Below the pieces are notes generated by a model. The model was given only the letters and a program-made list of their open reading frames with translations, did not search any database and was not told the DNA's origin. This document shows, in pieces, positions 20,421 through 30,494 of a stretch of DNA of 64,000 bases (within the stretch, counting starts at the first letter, position 1; each line of letters begins with the position of its first letter). This DNA comes from Ignavibacteriota bacterium (GTDB lineage: Bacteria > Bacteroidota > Ignavibacteria > UBA10030 > BY39): positions 2,697 through 66,696 of the forward strand of contig QOQV01000011.1 in the NCBI GenBank assembly GCA_003327435.1. Reading direction: 5' to 3'. Position numbers and translations under genes: made by a program.

Positions 20421-20714
20421 ATGAAAGCAGTAATGATAGTATATAATCACGGAATTACAGAAGAAGTAGATGAAGCACTCGAATCTCTATCCATCCGAGG
20501 TTACACACGATGGATTGATGTGCATGGACAGGGCTCACAAAAAGGTGAACCTCATCTTGGTACACACATATGGCCCAGCTTAAACGCAGTTGTATTAACC
20601 GTGATCGAGGATTCAAAAGTGGAACCTCTTTTAGAAAAAGTTAAAGAGATTAACAAAGACGCTGAAGAAGAAGGAATCCATGCATTTGTCTGGAATATAG
20701 AAAAATTTATCTGA
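20421..20714 (+). CDS. small PII-like transporter-associated protein (PG0541-family-like)
   Basis: 97 aa. The pattern MKAVMIVYN...IRGYTRW..VHGQGSQKGEPHLGTHIWP..NAVVLTV..D...EGIHAFVWNIE matches my memory of the PG0541-type family found downstream of RND pumps in Bacteroidota. Confidence 0.65.
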   Translation: MKAVMIVYNHGITEEVDEALESLSIRGYTRWIDVHGQGSQKGEPHLGTHIWPSLNAVVLTVIEDSKVEPLLEKVKEINKDAEEEGIHAFVWNIEKFI

Positions 20715-20737
20715 TAAAAAAATCTTCCAAATTAAAG

Positions 20738-20776
20738 AGGATATGGAGAGGAGCAATCTCTATATCCTTTTTTTTA
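20738..20776 (+). terminator. rho-independent terminator ending the efflux operon
   Basis: Stem AGGATATGGAGA (20738-20749) pairs with TCTCTATATCCT (20757-20768) with one mismatch, followed by TTTTTTTT. Confidence 0.65.
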
Positions 20777-20838
20777 TCTAATACTGGAACTTTCAAAATT
20801 TACAATTTTTTCCATATATTTTGTAAATTAAACGTTGC

Positions 20839-22020
20839 ATGAAAGAAAACAAAAGCCGAATTACTATCAGGATATTTGCATCTGCATCATTTCTCAATGA
20901 TTTGGGATCAGATATTATTTATCCCATCTGGCCTCATTTTGTAAAGAATATACTTGGTGCAAATATGACAATTTTAGGAATTTTAGATGGTATCGGAGAT
21001 GCACTTGTATCACTCTCTCAGGCAGCTGCAGGATACTATTCTGATAAAATTCGCAAAAGAAAAATTTTTATCTGGATTGGCTATCTAATGGGAGCTACTT
21101 CAAGAATCGGTTACGCTCTATCCACCAGCTGGCAAATGGTGCTTCCTTTTAGAATTTTGGATCGAGCTGGCAAAATACGCAGCGCCCCAAGAGATGCAAT
21201 AATTGCTGATGTTTCAGATGAAACCAATCGTGGAAAAAATTTCGGTATACTTAGAACCGCTGACAACCTCGGTGCTGTTGCTGGTATAACTATCTGCCTT
21301 GTGCTTGTCAACTTCCTGAGTATATCTACAATTTTCTTAATTGCAGCGATACCATCTTTTATTGCAGTGCTTCTTATAATCCTTTCGATTAAAGAAAGCT
21401 CGGATTCAGAAAAGAAAATTTTCAAAGGTATTCAACTAAAGCAATTCGACAAAAATTTCAGATTATTTTTAATTGCAAGCGGAATTTTTGCGTTGGGCTC
21501 TTTCAGTTACTCTTTTTTAATGATCTTCACACAGGAAACCGGAGCAAAAATTTACACCCTACCAATTTTCTATCTAATTTTTACAATTGCTGCTGCTTTA
21601 TCTTCCTACCCATTTGGTTTTATTGCAGATAAGTGGGGTAGAAAATTCACTATAGGAATTGGTTATCTTATCTGGATAATTGTGTGTGTAGGATTTATAT
21701 TTAGCAAAAGCATTTTTGTGTTCTCAATTTTATTTTTATTATATGGTTTACATAAAGGTGCACTCGAGACAGTACAAAAAGCTTTTGTTTCAGAATTAGG
21801 TCCAAACGAATACCGAGCAAGCAGTTTAGGCGGATTTCAGATGATAGTCGGTTTATGTGCTCTACCAGCATCATCTCTTGCTGGTATACTCTGGGATACC
21901 ATTGGAAAAGAAGCAACTATGATTTTCTCCATTACATTATCAATTATTTCTTCATTTATGTTGATGTATATAAAAGAGAAAAAGTCGGATGAAGGATTAC
22001 CCAACAACGCAGGCAATTAG
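20839..22020 (+). CDS. MFS transporter
   Basis: 393 aa with about 12 predicted TM helices and an MFS signature-like loop, DRAGKIRSAPRDA. Confidence 0.85.
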   Translation: MKENKSRITIRIFASASFLNDLGSDIIYPIWPHFVKNILGANMTILGILDGIGDALVSLSQAAAGYYSDKIRKRKIFIWIGYLMGATSRIGYALSTSWQMVLPFRILDRAGKIRSAPRDAIIADVSDETNRGKNFGILRTADNLGAVAGITICLVLVNFLSISTIFLIAAIPSFIAVLLIILSIKESSDSEKKIFKGIQLKQFDKNFRLFLIASGIFALGSFSYSFLMIFTQETGAKIYTLPIFYLIFTIAAALSSYPFGFIADKWGRKFTIGIGYLIWIIVCVGFIFSKSIFVFSILFLLYGLHKGALETVQKAFVSELGPNEYRASSLGGFQMIVGLCALPASSLAGILWDTIGKEATMIFSITLSIISSFMLMYIKEKKSDEGLPNNAGN

Positions 22021-22480
22021 AATTTTAAAAGAGAATAAAGTTAATTTTATACCTCATCTTTATAAATATATTGAACACGGAGGCACACGAACAGCATCAA
22101 TTGCACTTGGTGTTCCAGAACATTACATAATTAAAACAATCGTAATGCAAACAGATGAGAAGAAACCTCTTATAGTTCTAATGCATGGCGATTATGAGGT
22201 TTCGACAAAAAATCTTGCCAGAATAATTAGAGTTAAACACATAGAACCATCCGATGAATCAACTGCGCAAAAAGCCACAGGATATGTATTCGGTGGTATG
22301 AGTCCTTTAGGTACACGTCAGAAAATTCCGATTTACGCGGAGAAAACAATATTTTCACTCAATAAAATTTTTATAAATGCTGGCAAAAGAGGTTTCCTGG
22401 TTGAAATTAATCCAGAGGATTTAAGAAAGATATTAGAAATTACAGAAGTTGAGGTAGGTATCAAACCAAGTGAAAAATGA
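21989..22480 (+). CDS. ybaK: Cys-tRNA(Pro)/Cys-tRNA(Cys) deacylase YbaK-like
   Basis: 163 aa. N-terminus TQAIRILKENKVNFIPHLY, YbaK/EbsC-like core, GGMSPLG motif. It overlaps the MFS gene end by 32 nt. Confidence 0.75.
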   Translation: MKDYPTTQAIRILKENKVNFIPHLYKYIEHGGTRTASIALGVPEHYIIKTIVMQTDEKKPLIVLMHGDYEVSTKNLARIIRVKHIEPSDESTAQKATGYVFGGMSPLGTRQKIPIYAEKTIFSLNKIFINAGKRGFLVEINPEDLRKILEITEVEVGIKPSEK

Positions 22481-23234
22481 TTGCATAATAATTGGTATTG
22501 ATTTAGCGTGGGGAAGTATAAATAATAATTTTACTCAACAAAACAAACAGAAGAGTGACGGTGTATGTATAATTTCATATAATAAAAGAGTTTTCCAAGT
22601 CAAAAAATTACTTTATCCAAATGGAGATGAACAATTATTAGAGTGTATTGCACCATATATTCAACAAGCAAAAAAAACGATTATTATGATTGATGCACCA
22701 ATCGTTTGTCCAAATCCGAAAGGTGCACGACCAGTAGATAGATTAACCCATAAATTATTTTTTAAAGAGCATGCCGCATGTTATCCAGCAAATTCGACTA
22801 AATGTTCAAGACCAATAAGACTGGCAAAAAGTTTAAAAAGGATAGGATTTAATATTAATTGGAATTTTCAAAAATTTTCAAAAACTTTAATTGAAGTTTA
22901 CCCACACCCTGCGATGGTCAGGTTATTTAGATTAAAGAAAATTTTTAAGTACAAAAAAGGAAAGATTGCAAATAAGCAAAAAGAGTTTCGAAAATACCAA
23001 CTGGCTTTTAAAAAATTCTTATCGCTCCATTTCCCAGAACTGGAATTAAATCGAGATATAGAGAAATTATTTAAAGTTAATTGGAATAAGAAAAGTGAAG
23101 ATTTATTAGATGCATTCTTTTGTGCATTATTGGGTATGTGGCATTTTAAATTTAAGGGAACAAAGAGCGAGATTATTGGTGATTTAAAAACAGGTTTTAT
23201 ATTATTACCTGCTGATTTGAGAGCCGTTAATTAA
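22470..23234 (+). CDS. DUF429-like (RNase H-fold) protein
   Basis: 254 aa. The N-terminal IIGIDLAWGS and the overall pattern resemble DUF429. The start is GTG. Function is unknown. Confidence 0.5.
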   Translation: MKNDCIIIGIDLAWGSINNNFTQQNKQKSDGVCIISYNKRVFQVKKLLYPNGDEQLLECIAPYIQQAKKTIIMIDAPIVCPNPKGARPVDRLTHKLFFKEHAACYPANSTKCSRPIRLAKSLKRIGFNINWNFQKFSKTLIEVYPHPAMVRLFRLKKIFKYKKGKIANKQKEFRKYQLAFKKFLSLHFPELELNRDIEKLFKVNWNKKSEDLLDAFFCALLGMWHFKFKGTKSEIIGDLKTGFILLPADLRAVN

Positions 23235-24384
23235 ATTTCAAATTAATCTGTACAATTTCCGGATGATTTCCTATCCTAACTGGAGGGCCCCATGTACCAA
23301 CACCTGAAGAAACATATATATGCATTGAACCTTTTCGTTTATGACCCCAGCTTACTTCATATATTCGTTTTGTTATAAGATTAAAAGGAAAAATTTGCCC
23401 GTGATGCGTATGCCCAGACAATTGTAAATCAACACCGTTATTAAGTGCCTCATCAAGATTTACTGGTTGATGATCCAATAAAATTATAGGCTTTTCATTA
23501 CTTACATCCTTCAAAATTTTCTCCATCGGCATTCTTTCTACTCCCGTAAATCTTGATTTAACTCTATCTTCCCTACCCACTAATATTATCTTATTATCTA
23601 CGACCACCATTGTATCCCTTAAAAATTTTATACCATGTGACTGGAAATAGTTGACAACAGGTTCTGCGCCGCCAATGAATTCATGATTGCCTGTGATTGC
23701 ATAAACTCCATATTTTGAATTTAACCTTTCAACACATCTTCCGATATTATCATTGACAATTGGTCCAAGCGATTCATCAACCAAGTCTCCAGCAATTAAA
23801 ATCAGGTCTGGCTGCTGGCTGTTAATAATATCAACAATCTTACTAAACCGCTCTCTGCCGATAATTGTACCCAAATGTATATCGGATATCATGACTATTC
23901 TAAGATTCTTAATCCCATCGACATATTTTGGGATATGTAATTCTAAAGTTTTTAACCTTGGGTTTAAGGCATTTAGGTAACCATAAAAAATTGTAATGAA
24001 AACAGTAATGATGCTAATGAACGCAATATATTTTTTTATAATTTCATACTTATTTTTAATTATCGCAGGAATAATGGGAACAAAATGGTTAATTAACCTC
24101 AACAAATCTAACATTAGCACAATTAATAAAAAATAAATCATACCTGCCAACCAGAAAGAGCCAACTTTAACCAACATTTCAGTTGTAGAAGTGTGGAAAT
24201 ATCTTTCAAGTATTCTACCAATTAAATACGCACTTGAAATGAATAAGAAAAAAAGTATATAGAGTGTTCTTATAACAGAATCTCTGGGAATTGCCTGCAG
24301 TCCTCTTCTAAAAATATAATAATTTATCAAGGCATATAGGACTATTACGATACTGAAGAAAATTATAAAACCGGTAGTTCTCAT
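23227..24384 (-). CDS. membrane-anchored calcineurin-like metallophosphoesterase
   Basis: 385 aa with N-terminal TM helices and the phosphoesterase motifs DIHLG, GDLVD, GNHE and GHTHHG. Confidence 0.85.
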   Translation of the reverse strand: MRTTGFIIFFSIVIVLYALINYYIFRRGLQAIPRDSVIRTLYILFFLFISSAYLIGRILERYFHTSTTEMLVKVGSFWLAGMIYFLLIVLMLDLLRLINHFVPIIPAIIKNKYEIIKKYIAFISIITVFITIFYGYLNALNPRLKTLELHIPKYVDGIKNLRIVMISDIHLGTIIGRERFSKIVDIINSQQPDLILIAGDLVDESLGPIVNDNIGRCVERLNSKYGVYAITGNHEFIGGAEPVVNYFQSHGIKFLRDTMVVVDNKIILVGREDRVKSRFTGVERMPMEKILKDVSNEKPIILLDHQPVNLDEALNNGVDLQLSGHTHHGQIFPFNLITKRIYEVSWGHKRKGSMHIYVSSGVGTWGPPVRIGNHPEIVQINLKFN

Positions 24385-24395
24385 AATTTTTATGA

Positions 24396-24420
24396 ACCCC
24401 TTACCGAAAAATGGTAAGGG
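24396..24420 (-). terminator. hairpin downstream of yceI-like gene (possible terminator)
   Basis: CCCCTTACC (24396-24404) and GGTAAGGGG (24412-24420) form a 9-bp stem with a 7-nt loop. The trailing U-tract on the minus strand is weak. Confidence 0.4.
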
Positions 24421-24435
24421 GCTCTAATTATTTTT

Positions 24436-25020
24436 CTATTTTTGTTTAATTAATTGTATGTTTAAAGTAATGTCTACAGTTTTCCCTACTACAAGTCCTC
24501 CTGAACCAAGCGGTGCATTCCATTTAACATCATAATCAAATCGATCTATACTGGTGGTAGCTTTGAAAGCAGATTTTACATTCCCCCATGGGTCAGTTGT
24601 TTGTCCCCTATATTTTGCTTCGAGAGTAACAGGTTTGGTTACACCATTTATAGTTAAATCACCCATAATTTTGTAAGCATTTTCGCCTGTTTTACTGACT
24701 GATTTGCTTGAGAATTTAATTGTTGGAAATTTTTCGACGTTGAAGAAATCAGGTGTAAGTAAATGTTGATCTCGTTTCTCGTTATCAGTATCAACACTCT
24801 TTACATTTATAACCGCCTCGATTTTAGCATCAGTAAAATCCGGCTTTGTGTGAGTTAGTGTCCCTTCGAACTCCTTAAATCTCCCTGTAACATCACTGAT
24901 GACCAGATGTGAGACGGTAAATTCTACATTACTATGTACAGGGTCAATCTTCCACACTGTTTGTGCAGATAGTATATTAATAAATAATATTGTTATGAAG
25001 ATATATTTTAATGTTTTCAT
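24436..25020 (-). CDS. YceI family periplasmic polyisoprenoid-binding protein
   Basis: 194 aa with a signal peptide. The motifs WKIDPVHSNVEFTVSHL..S.V.GRFKEFEG and DTDNEKRDQHL are typical of YceI. Confidence 0.9.
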   Translation of the reverse strand: MKTLKYIFITILFINILSAQTVWKIDPVHSNVEFTVSHLVISDVTGRFKEFEGTLTHTKPDFTDAKIEAVINVKSVDTDNEKRDQHLLTPDFFNVEKFPTIKFSSKSVSKTGENAYKIMGDLTINGVTKPVTLEAKYRGQTTDPWGNVKSAFKATTSIDRFDYDVKWNAPLGSGGLVVGKTVDITLNIQLIKQK

Positions 25021-25036
25021 ATTTTTCTCCTTTTTG

Positions 25037-25495
25037 TTAGTTATTTTTTTGTATTGATTTACCTAGTTTTTTTAATAAATTTGCAAGTTTTTCTTGCTCA
25101 TTTTGAGATAATACTGAAAGAAGTTGACTGATAAATTGAGCATGAGGTAAGAAATATTTATAAAACTTTTGTTTACCTTTTTCAGTTAAAGATACTTTAA
25201 CCATCCTACGGTTTTCTTCAAGACGCTTTCGTTTAATGAGCCCTTCTTTCTCTAAATTATCTAAAACAAGAGTCATATTCCCACCAGTAACAAGTTGCTT
25301 TTTTGTTAATTCACCTATCGACAATTCTCCTAAATGGCCAAGACATTCCAGAACAGCAAATTGAGGTACCGTTAAGCCTTTTTTTCTTATATCTTCAGCA
25401 GCTTTTTGCTGGACGACGGTATAAGCACGAGTTAATTTAACCCATAAACTAAGGGCTAAATCTATCTTTTTACCATATTTTTTTGTTGTTTTCAA
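25037..25495 (-). CDS. MarR family transcriptional regulator
   Basis: 152 aa with a winged-HTH (LTVPQFAVLECLGHLGELSIGELTKKQLVTGGNMTLVLDNLEKEGLIKR). Confidence 0.9.
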   Translation of the reverse strand: MKTTKKYGKKIDLALSLWVKLTRAYTVVQQKAAEDIRKKGLTVPQFAVLECLGHLGELSIGELTKKQLVTGGNMTLVLDNLEKEGLIKRKRLEENRRMVKVSLTEKGKQKFYKYFLPHAQFISQLLSVLSQNEQEKLANLLKKLGKSIQKNN

Positions 25496-25510
25496 TATTT
25501 CAAGTTTAAA

Positions 25511-25528
25511 TAGTTTAAATTTAAACTA
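25511..25528. promoter_or_regulatory. perfect 18-bp palindrome, candidate MarR operator
   Basis: TAGTTTAAATTTAAACTA lies 16 nt upstream of the marR start codon, and an extra GTTTAAAT half-site sits just beside it. Confidence 0.4.
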
Positions 25529-25563
25529 AATATAAACAAACTATTCGAGAATTGCAAACGATA

Positions 25564-26562
25564 TTATTTAACAACCAGCACACCTGCACCATTTATCTTC
25601 CCATCTTTCAAAAGTTTCAAAGCGTTGTTTGCATCTTTTAAATCATAAGTTTCAAATTCTACTTTTACCGGAACAAGGCCGGCAATTTTAAGAAACTCAA
25701 TCGCATCATCCCTGGTACTGTTTGCAACACTTCTAATACATCTTTCCTGATATATTAAATTATATTCAAACTGCGGTATGGGTGTAGTGTAAATTCCGGC
25801 AAGTGCTAAGGTTCCGCCTTTATCCAGATTCTGTAATGCTAAAGGTACTATTTCACCAGCTGGAGCAAAGCTTATCGCACTATCCAATTTTACTGGTGAT
25901 TTCTCATTCGTTGCTCCCACCCATTTTGCACCCAGGTCCTCAGCTAACTTACGATGTTTTTTACTTCTTGAAAAAACATATACATCACATCCCCAATATC
26001 TTGCGATTTGTATTGCTATATGTGCTGAGGCACCAAAACCATATAAACCGAGTCGGCAATTGGGTTTTATATCACTAATTTTTAAAGCTCTATATCCAAT
26101 TATACCTGCACATAACAATGGTGCAGCCGATTCATCAGTAAAATTCTCAGGAATCTTATATGTAAAATTATAATTAATTTTATTATATTCAGCATATCCG
26201 CCATCAACATCGTAACCGGTGAATTTCGCATTATCACATAAATTCTCTTTGTTGTTCAAGCAATAGCTACATTTACCACAAGTAGAATTCAACCATGGAA
26301 CTCCGACTCTATCGCCAATATTAAAATTCATTACATTATTTCCCTTCTGAACCACTTTCCCTACAATCTGATGACCCAATATAAGCGGCTTTTTTTTCAG
26401 AGGTATATCACCTTCTACAATATGTAAATCAGTATGACATATGCCACAGGTATATATTTCAATTAATACTTCATTTTCGCTTATTTTGGGTATTTCCACC
26501 TCACTAATTTTTAATGGATTTGTTTCTATATTAGCAATATCTTCAAGAATGATAGCTTTCAT
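25564..26562 (-). CDS. zinc-dependent alcohol dehydrogenase
   Basis: 332 aa. It has GICHTDLH, structural-zinc cysteines (CGKCSYCLNNKENLC) and a GxGxxA Rossmann motif (GLYGFGASAH). Confidence 0.9.
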   Translation of the reverse strand: MKAIILEDIANIETNPLKISEVEIPKISENEVLIEIYTCGICHTDLHIVEGDIPLKKKPLILGHQIVGKVVQKGNNVMNFNIGDRVGVPWLNSTCGKCSYCLNNKENLCDNAKFTGYDVDGGYAEYNKINYNFTYKIPENFTDESAAPLLCAGIIGYRALKISDIKPNCRLGLYGFGASAHIAIQIARYWGCDVYVFSRSKKHRKLAEDLGAKWVGATNEKSPVKLDSAISFAPAGEIVPLALQNLDKGGTLALAGIYTTPIPQFEYNLIYQERCIRSVANSTRDDAIEFLKIAGLVPVKVEFETYDLKDANNALKLLKDGKINGAGVLVVK

Positions 26563-26643
26563 ATATTAACTCTTTTGAATTTATTAAAAAGTTTATTTAT
26601 ATTGTGTTTTAAAAAATTTAAACAAAAATTTACAGGTGTATTA

Positions 26644-29600
26644 ATGAAGTTCAATTATATTTACAAAATAATTATCATATTTACAACAATTTTATTTTTA
26701 TGTAATATATCTCAAAGTGGAGCACAAAAAGAAAAAAAATACTTCCCAGGACAAATTTTAATTAAATTTAAAAATCAAGCTTTAAAGTCCAATGGAACTG
26801 TACCTATAGAAGAGATTAAAAGTAAATATCAAATAGAAAAATTTGAACCAGCTTTCAGCAACAAAAGTTTTTCAAACTTAAAGAACAATGCAGAAAGAAA
26901 CTTGGCTCTGATGTATGTTGGTTATGTTCCAGCCACAACTGATATCGAATTGTTGGCGAGTCGGTTAAACCAATCTGAATTAATTGAATATGCAGAACCA
27001 AATTATTTTGTTGAATTAAATGCAATTCCAAATGATCCTTTATATTCACAGCTTCAGCATCTCCCGCAGGTTAAAGCCCCACAAGCATGGGATGTTTCCC
27101 AGGGTGATACAAGTGTGATCATAGCTATACTTGATACAGGTGTGGATTGGGATCACCCCGATTTAGCAGGTGCTATCTGGAGAAACTACAATGAAATTCC
27201 AGATAATGGTATTGACGATGATGGAAATGGATTTATAGATGATATACGTGGATGGGACTTTGTAACAGGTGTTTCAAGTAATGCATATGCTGGTGAAGAT
27301 GGAGATATACCAGATAATGATCCAATGGATTTTGACGGGCATGGAACCCATGTGGCAGGAATAGCAGCTGGAATAACAAACAATGGTATTGGCATCGCCT
27401 CATTAGTTTGGAAAGCCAAAATTATGCCAATACGTATTGGTTATCATACGATTGATGGTAACGGATTGGGTACATTATTATGGATGGCACAGGGGTTTGT
27501 ATATGCAGGTGATAACGGTGCTCATGCAGCAAATTTAAGTTTTGGAACAGGTGATGGAAGCTTTGTAAATGATGCTGCAAAATATGCATTTCAGCAAGGA
27601 GTGGTAGTTTGTAATTCTGCAGGTAATGGTAATAATGAATCAGTTGGTGCACTTGGTGCTACACCTTTTGCCCTCAGTGTAGCTTCAGTGAATGAATATG
27701 ATATCAAAGCATCATATTCAACATACGGGAAAGAAGTTGATGTATCAGCTCCAGGTGGAGATGCACTTGGAATTTTAAGTACCATCGTAAACCCATCACC
27801 ACTTTACGGAAATAATTTGTATGTACGATTCTCCGGTACATCGATGGCAAGTCCGCTTGTAGCTTCGCTTGCAGGATTGATAAAAGCTAAAAATCCAACA
27901 TGGAATGCTGCACAGATTACCTTTCAAATCGTGGGCACAGCAGATGATATCTACAATTTAAATCCGAATTACATAGGTAAGTTAGGCTCAGGTAGAATAA
28001 ATGCTTACAGAGCATTAACTGAGACAATACCACCGCCAAAACCAAAACTCGTCCTGGCAAATTACTCCTTTACAGAAATCGAAGGTGATATGGATGGGAA
28101 TTTTGAACCTGGTGAAAAAATTGGTTTATATGTTACAGTCGAAAACCAATGGGGTAACGCTTACAACGCACAGGTAACACTTTCGTCTCAACATTGGTCA
28201 ATAAATGTTTTAAATTCGACAGCACATTATGACACAATATTTGGTATCGAAGATTTAGATAATTCCATTAAAATAAACTCCTCACCACTCGAATTCACAA
28301 TACATCCAGAAGCGTTACCGGAAGTTGTAACACTCAATCTTAATTTATCTGCAAATGATTTCACAAAAGATCTTACAATCGATCTTCCAATAAATGCATC
28401 AATATTTCTTGTTGACGATAATGATGGCAATGTTGGGTTAAACGAATATATTGATGCTATTAAGTCACTTGGTGGAGTTTATCGCTATTGGGATCGCGAA
28501 TCTCAAGGTAGCCCACCAGCATCTGAAATGATGAAGTACAGTACCGTCATCTGGTATGCGGATATGTATGTTCACCCATTTTTAGATAGTGCAGATAGAG
28601 CAAATTTAGGAATATATCTTGACAATGGTGGAAAACTTTTTATAGCAGGTATGGACTTTGGTTGGGATATGGCTGATCCTGAAGGTAATGAATATAAAGC
28701 TTCGAATGGAGCTTCAAAAATTTGGTTTGAAAATTATTTAAGAGCAAGATATGTTGCTGATGGCACCAGCCATAGAAGCATTTCTGGTGTCGATAATGAT
28801 CCAATTGGCAATGGACTTAGTTTTAATTTTATAAATCCCTGGCCAGAGGTAATCGACACTTTAGGTGGCTCTGTTGCTATATTCAAATATCCAGATAAAA
28901 CGATTGGCGGAATCAGGTACGCAGGAAATCATAGGGTTGTTTATTTAGGATTCTGCAGTCTGGAAAATATACCAAATGTAGAAGTTCGAAGAACTATTCT
29001 TGAAAGATCTATCGCATGGTTAAACGAATACTCAATCAAACCCAGTCGAGTAAAGGATACCGAAGACACAAATCTTCCATTACCTGTAACCGCGGAAGTA
29101 AAATGTAGAGATTCAATTCTATCTGTTCATTTGGCATACTCCAAAAATGGAGAAAGGCCATTTCATAAAATACAGATGAATTTACAGGCACCAAATTTAT
29201 ATGAAGCAGTAATACCACCAGCAATTGAACCGGGCGATTTTGAATACAGAATTGTTGTCCAAACCAACAAAGGTGTTCTACCTATGAAGTCGTACTTCTT
29301 TAGAGCAGCCCCTGACAACAAACCACCTGTCTTAACTATCACGCAACCAATTCCACCATCTTTGAAAACTCAAGGCCCGTATATTGCTTCTGTTGTCGCT
29401 ACAGATAATATTGCCGTAGATAAGGATAGTGTTTTCATATACTTCAAAAAAGAAAATGATATTTTGGAACAGAGAGCAAAATTAAGATATTGGGGAGAAG
29501 ATACTTTTATCGATACATTTTCCCTCGCAACACCTGTTATAGCAGGACAAAATATTTTATATTACTTTACTGCTCGCGATTCATCAAGTGTGAAGAATTT

Positions 29601-30441
29601 AACTCGTTACCCAGATACTGGTTACTTCAAACTTATTATAGGTAGAGAAATTATCGAAGATTTTGAAAGCGGAACCTCAAAATGGTATTTGGGTACATAC
29701 TGGGGATTAACAGATACGCTTAAAAATTCAGGAAAATATTCTATTACTGATAGCCCAAATAGGAATTACTTCCCAAATACTAAAGATACAATTATACTCA
29801 TACAGAATGTTGATCTATCACCATTTTCAGCAGGATGGGTGAAATTTTGGCGTAGTTATCGATTAAATACAGGCGATTCAGTATTTATTGATATCTCAAG
29901 AAACGGTGTTGATTGGGAAAACTTGAAATTTTACAAAAAACAATTCCCATGGCTCGCAACCATATCGGGACTTGATTCGATAGAAATAGACAATTACTTT
30001 GGACCAGGAAATAATGCTGTAACAATAAGATTCAGAATTCATTCTGATGGCAGCCTTGAGGCTGATGGTGTCTACTTTGATGATATTGAATTCATTTCGC
30101 TTGAGTCTACACTCGATGTTAATAATATAGAACAGGTACCGGATAACTTTTCTCTCTATCAAAATTACCCAAATCCATTCAACCCTATCACAACAATAAA
30201 ATACCAGCTTCCTGAAGAGAGTTATGTTAGTTTAAAAATATACAACATTTTAGGACAGGAAATAAAAACGCTGATGGAAGGTGTTCAAATAGCTGGATAT
30301 AATACAATTAGTTGGGATTCAAAGAACAATTTAGGTGTAAAAGTTTCCAGTGGAATTTATATTTATAAGCTGGATGCAAAATCACTGAGCAATCCTGATA
30401 AAAGATTTACCCAAATCAGGAAAATGATACTGCTAAAATAA
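26644..30441 (+). CDS. large secreted S8 (subtilisin-like) serine peptidase with T9SS C-terminal sorting domain
   Basis: Catalytic triad motifs AILDTGVDWDHPDL, HGTHVAGIAAG and SGTSMASPLVASLAGL. The C-terminus NYPNPFNPITTIKYQLPEESYVSLKIYNILGQEIKTL...GIYIYKL is a typical Por/T9SS tail. I prefer the ATG at 26644 (MKFNYIYK..., signal peptide). Confidence 0.9.
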   Translation: MKFNYIYKIIIIFTTILFLCNISQSGAQKEKKYFPGQILIKFKNQALKSNGTVPIEEIKSKYQIEKFEPAFSNKSFSNLKNNAERNLALMYVGYVPATTDIELLASRLNQSELIEYAEPNYFVELNAIPNDPLYSQLQHLPQVKAPQAWDVSQGDTSVIIAILDTGVDWDHPDLAGAIWRNYNEIPDNGIDDDGNGFIDDIRGWDFVTGVSSNAYAGEDGDIPDNDPMDFDGHGTHVAGIAAGITNNGIGIASLVWKAKIMPIRIGYHTIDGNGLGTLLWMAQGFVYAGDNGAHAANLSFGTGDGSFVNDAAKYAFQQGVVVCNSAGNGNNESVGALGATPFALSVASVNEYDIKASYSTYGKEVDVSAPGGDALGILSTIVNPSPLYGNNLYVRFSGTSMASPLVASLAGLIKAKNPTWNAAQITFQIVGTADDIYNLNPNYIGKLGSGRINAYRALTETIPPPKPKLVLANYSFTEIEGDMDGNFEPGEKIGLYVTVENQWGNAYNAQVTLSSQHWSINVLNSTAHYDTIFGIEDLDNSIKINSSPLEFTIHPEALPEVVTLNLNLSANDFTKDLTIDLPINASIFLVDDNDGNVGLNEYIDAIKSLGGVYRYWDRESQGSPPASEMMKYSTVIWYADMYVHPFLDSADRANLGIYLDNGGKLFIAGMDFGWDMADPEGNEYKASNGASKIWFENYLRARYVADGTSHRSISGVDNDPIGNGLSFNFINPWPEVIDTLGGSVAIFKYPDKTIGGIRYAGNHRVVYLGFCSLENIPNVEVRRTILERSIAWLNEYSIKPSRVKDTEDTNLPLPVTAEVKCRDSILSVHLAYSKNGERPFHKIQMNLQAPNLYEAVIPPAIEPGDFEYRIVVQTNKGVLPMKSYFFRAAPDNKPPVLTITQPIPPSLKTQGPYIASVVATDNIAVDKDSVFIYFKKENDILEQRAKLRYWGEDTFIDTFSLATPVIAGQNILYYFTARDSSSVKNLTRYPDTGYFKLIIGREIIEDFESGTSKWYLGTYWGLTDTLKNSGKYSITDSPNRNYFPNTKDTIILIQNVDLSPFSAGWVKFWRSYRLNTGDSVFIDISRNGVDWENLKFYKKQFPWLATISGLDSIEIDNYFGPGNNAVTIRFRIHSDGSLEADGVYFDDIEFISLESTLDVNNIEQVPDNFSLYQNYPNPFNPITTIKYQLPEESYVSLKIYNILGQEIKTLMEGVQIAGYNTISWDSKNNLGVKVSSGIYIYKLDAKSLSNPDKRFTQIRKMILLK

Positions 30442-30460
30442 TTAACCATTTCCTATCTTT

Positions 30461-30494
30461 AGCCGGACGAGTGTAAGCTTGTCCGGCTTTTTTA
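30461..30494. terminator. bidirectional terminator hairpin between convergent S8 peptidase and comF genes
   Basis: AGCCGGAC (30461-30468) and GTCCGGCT (30481-30488) with a 12-nt loop, followed by TTTTTT. Confidence 0.7.
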
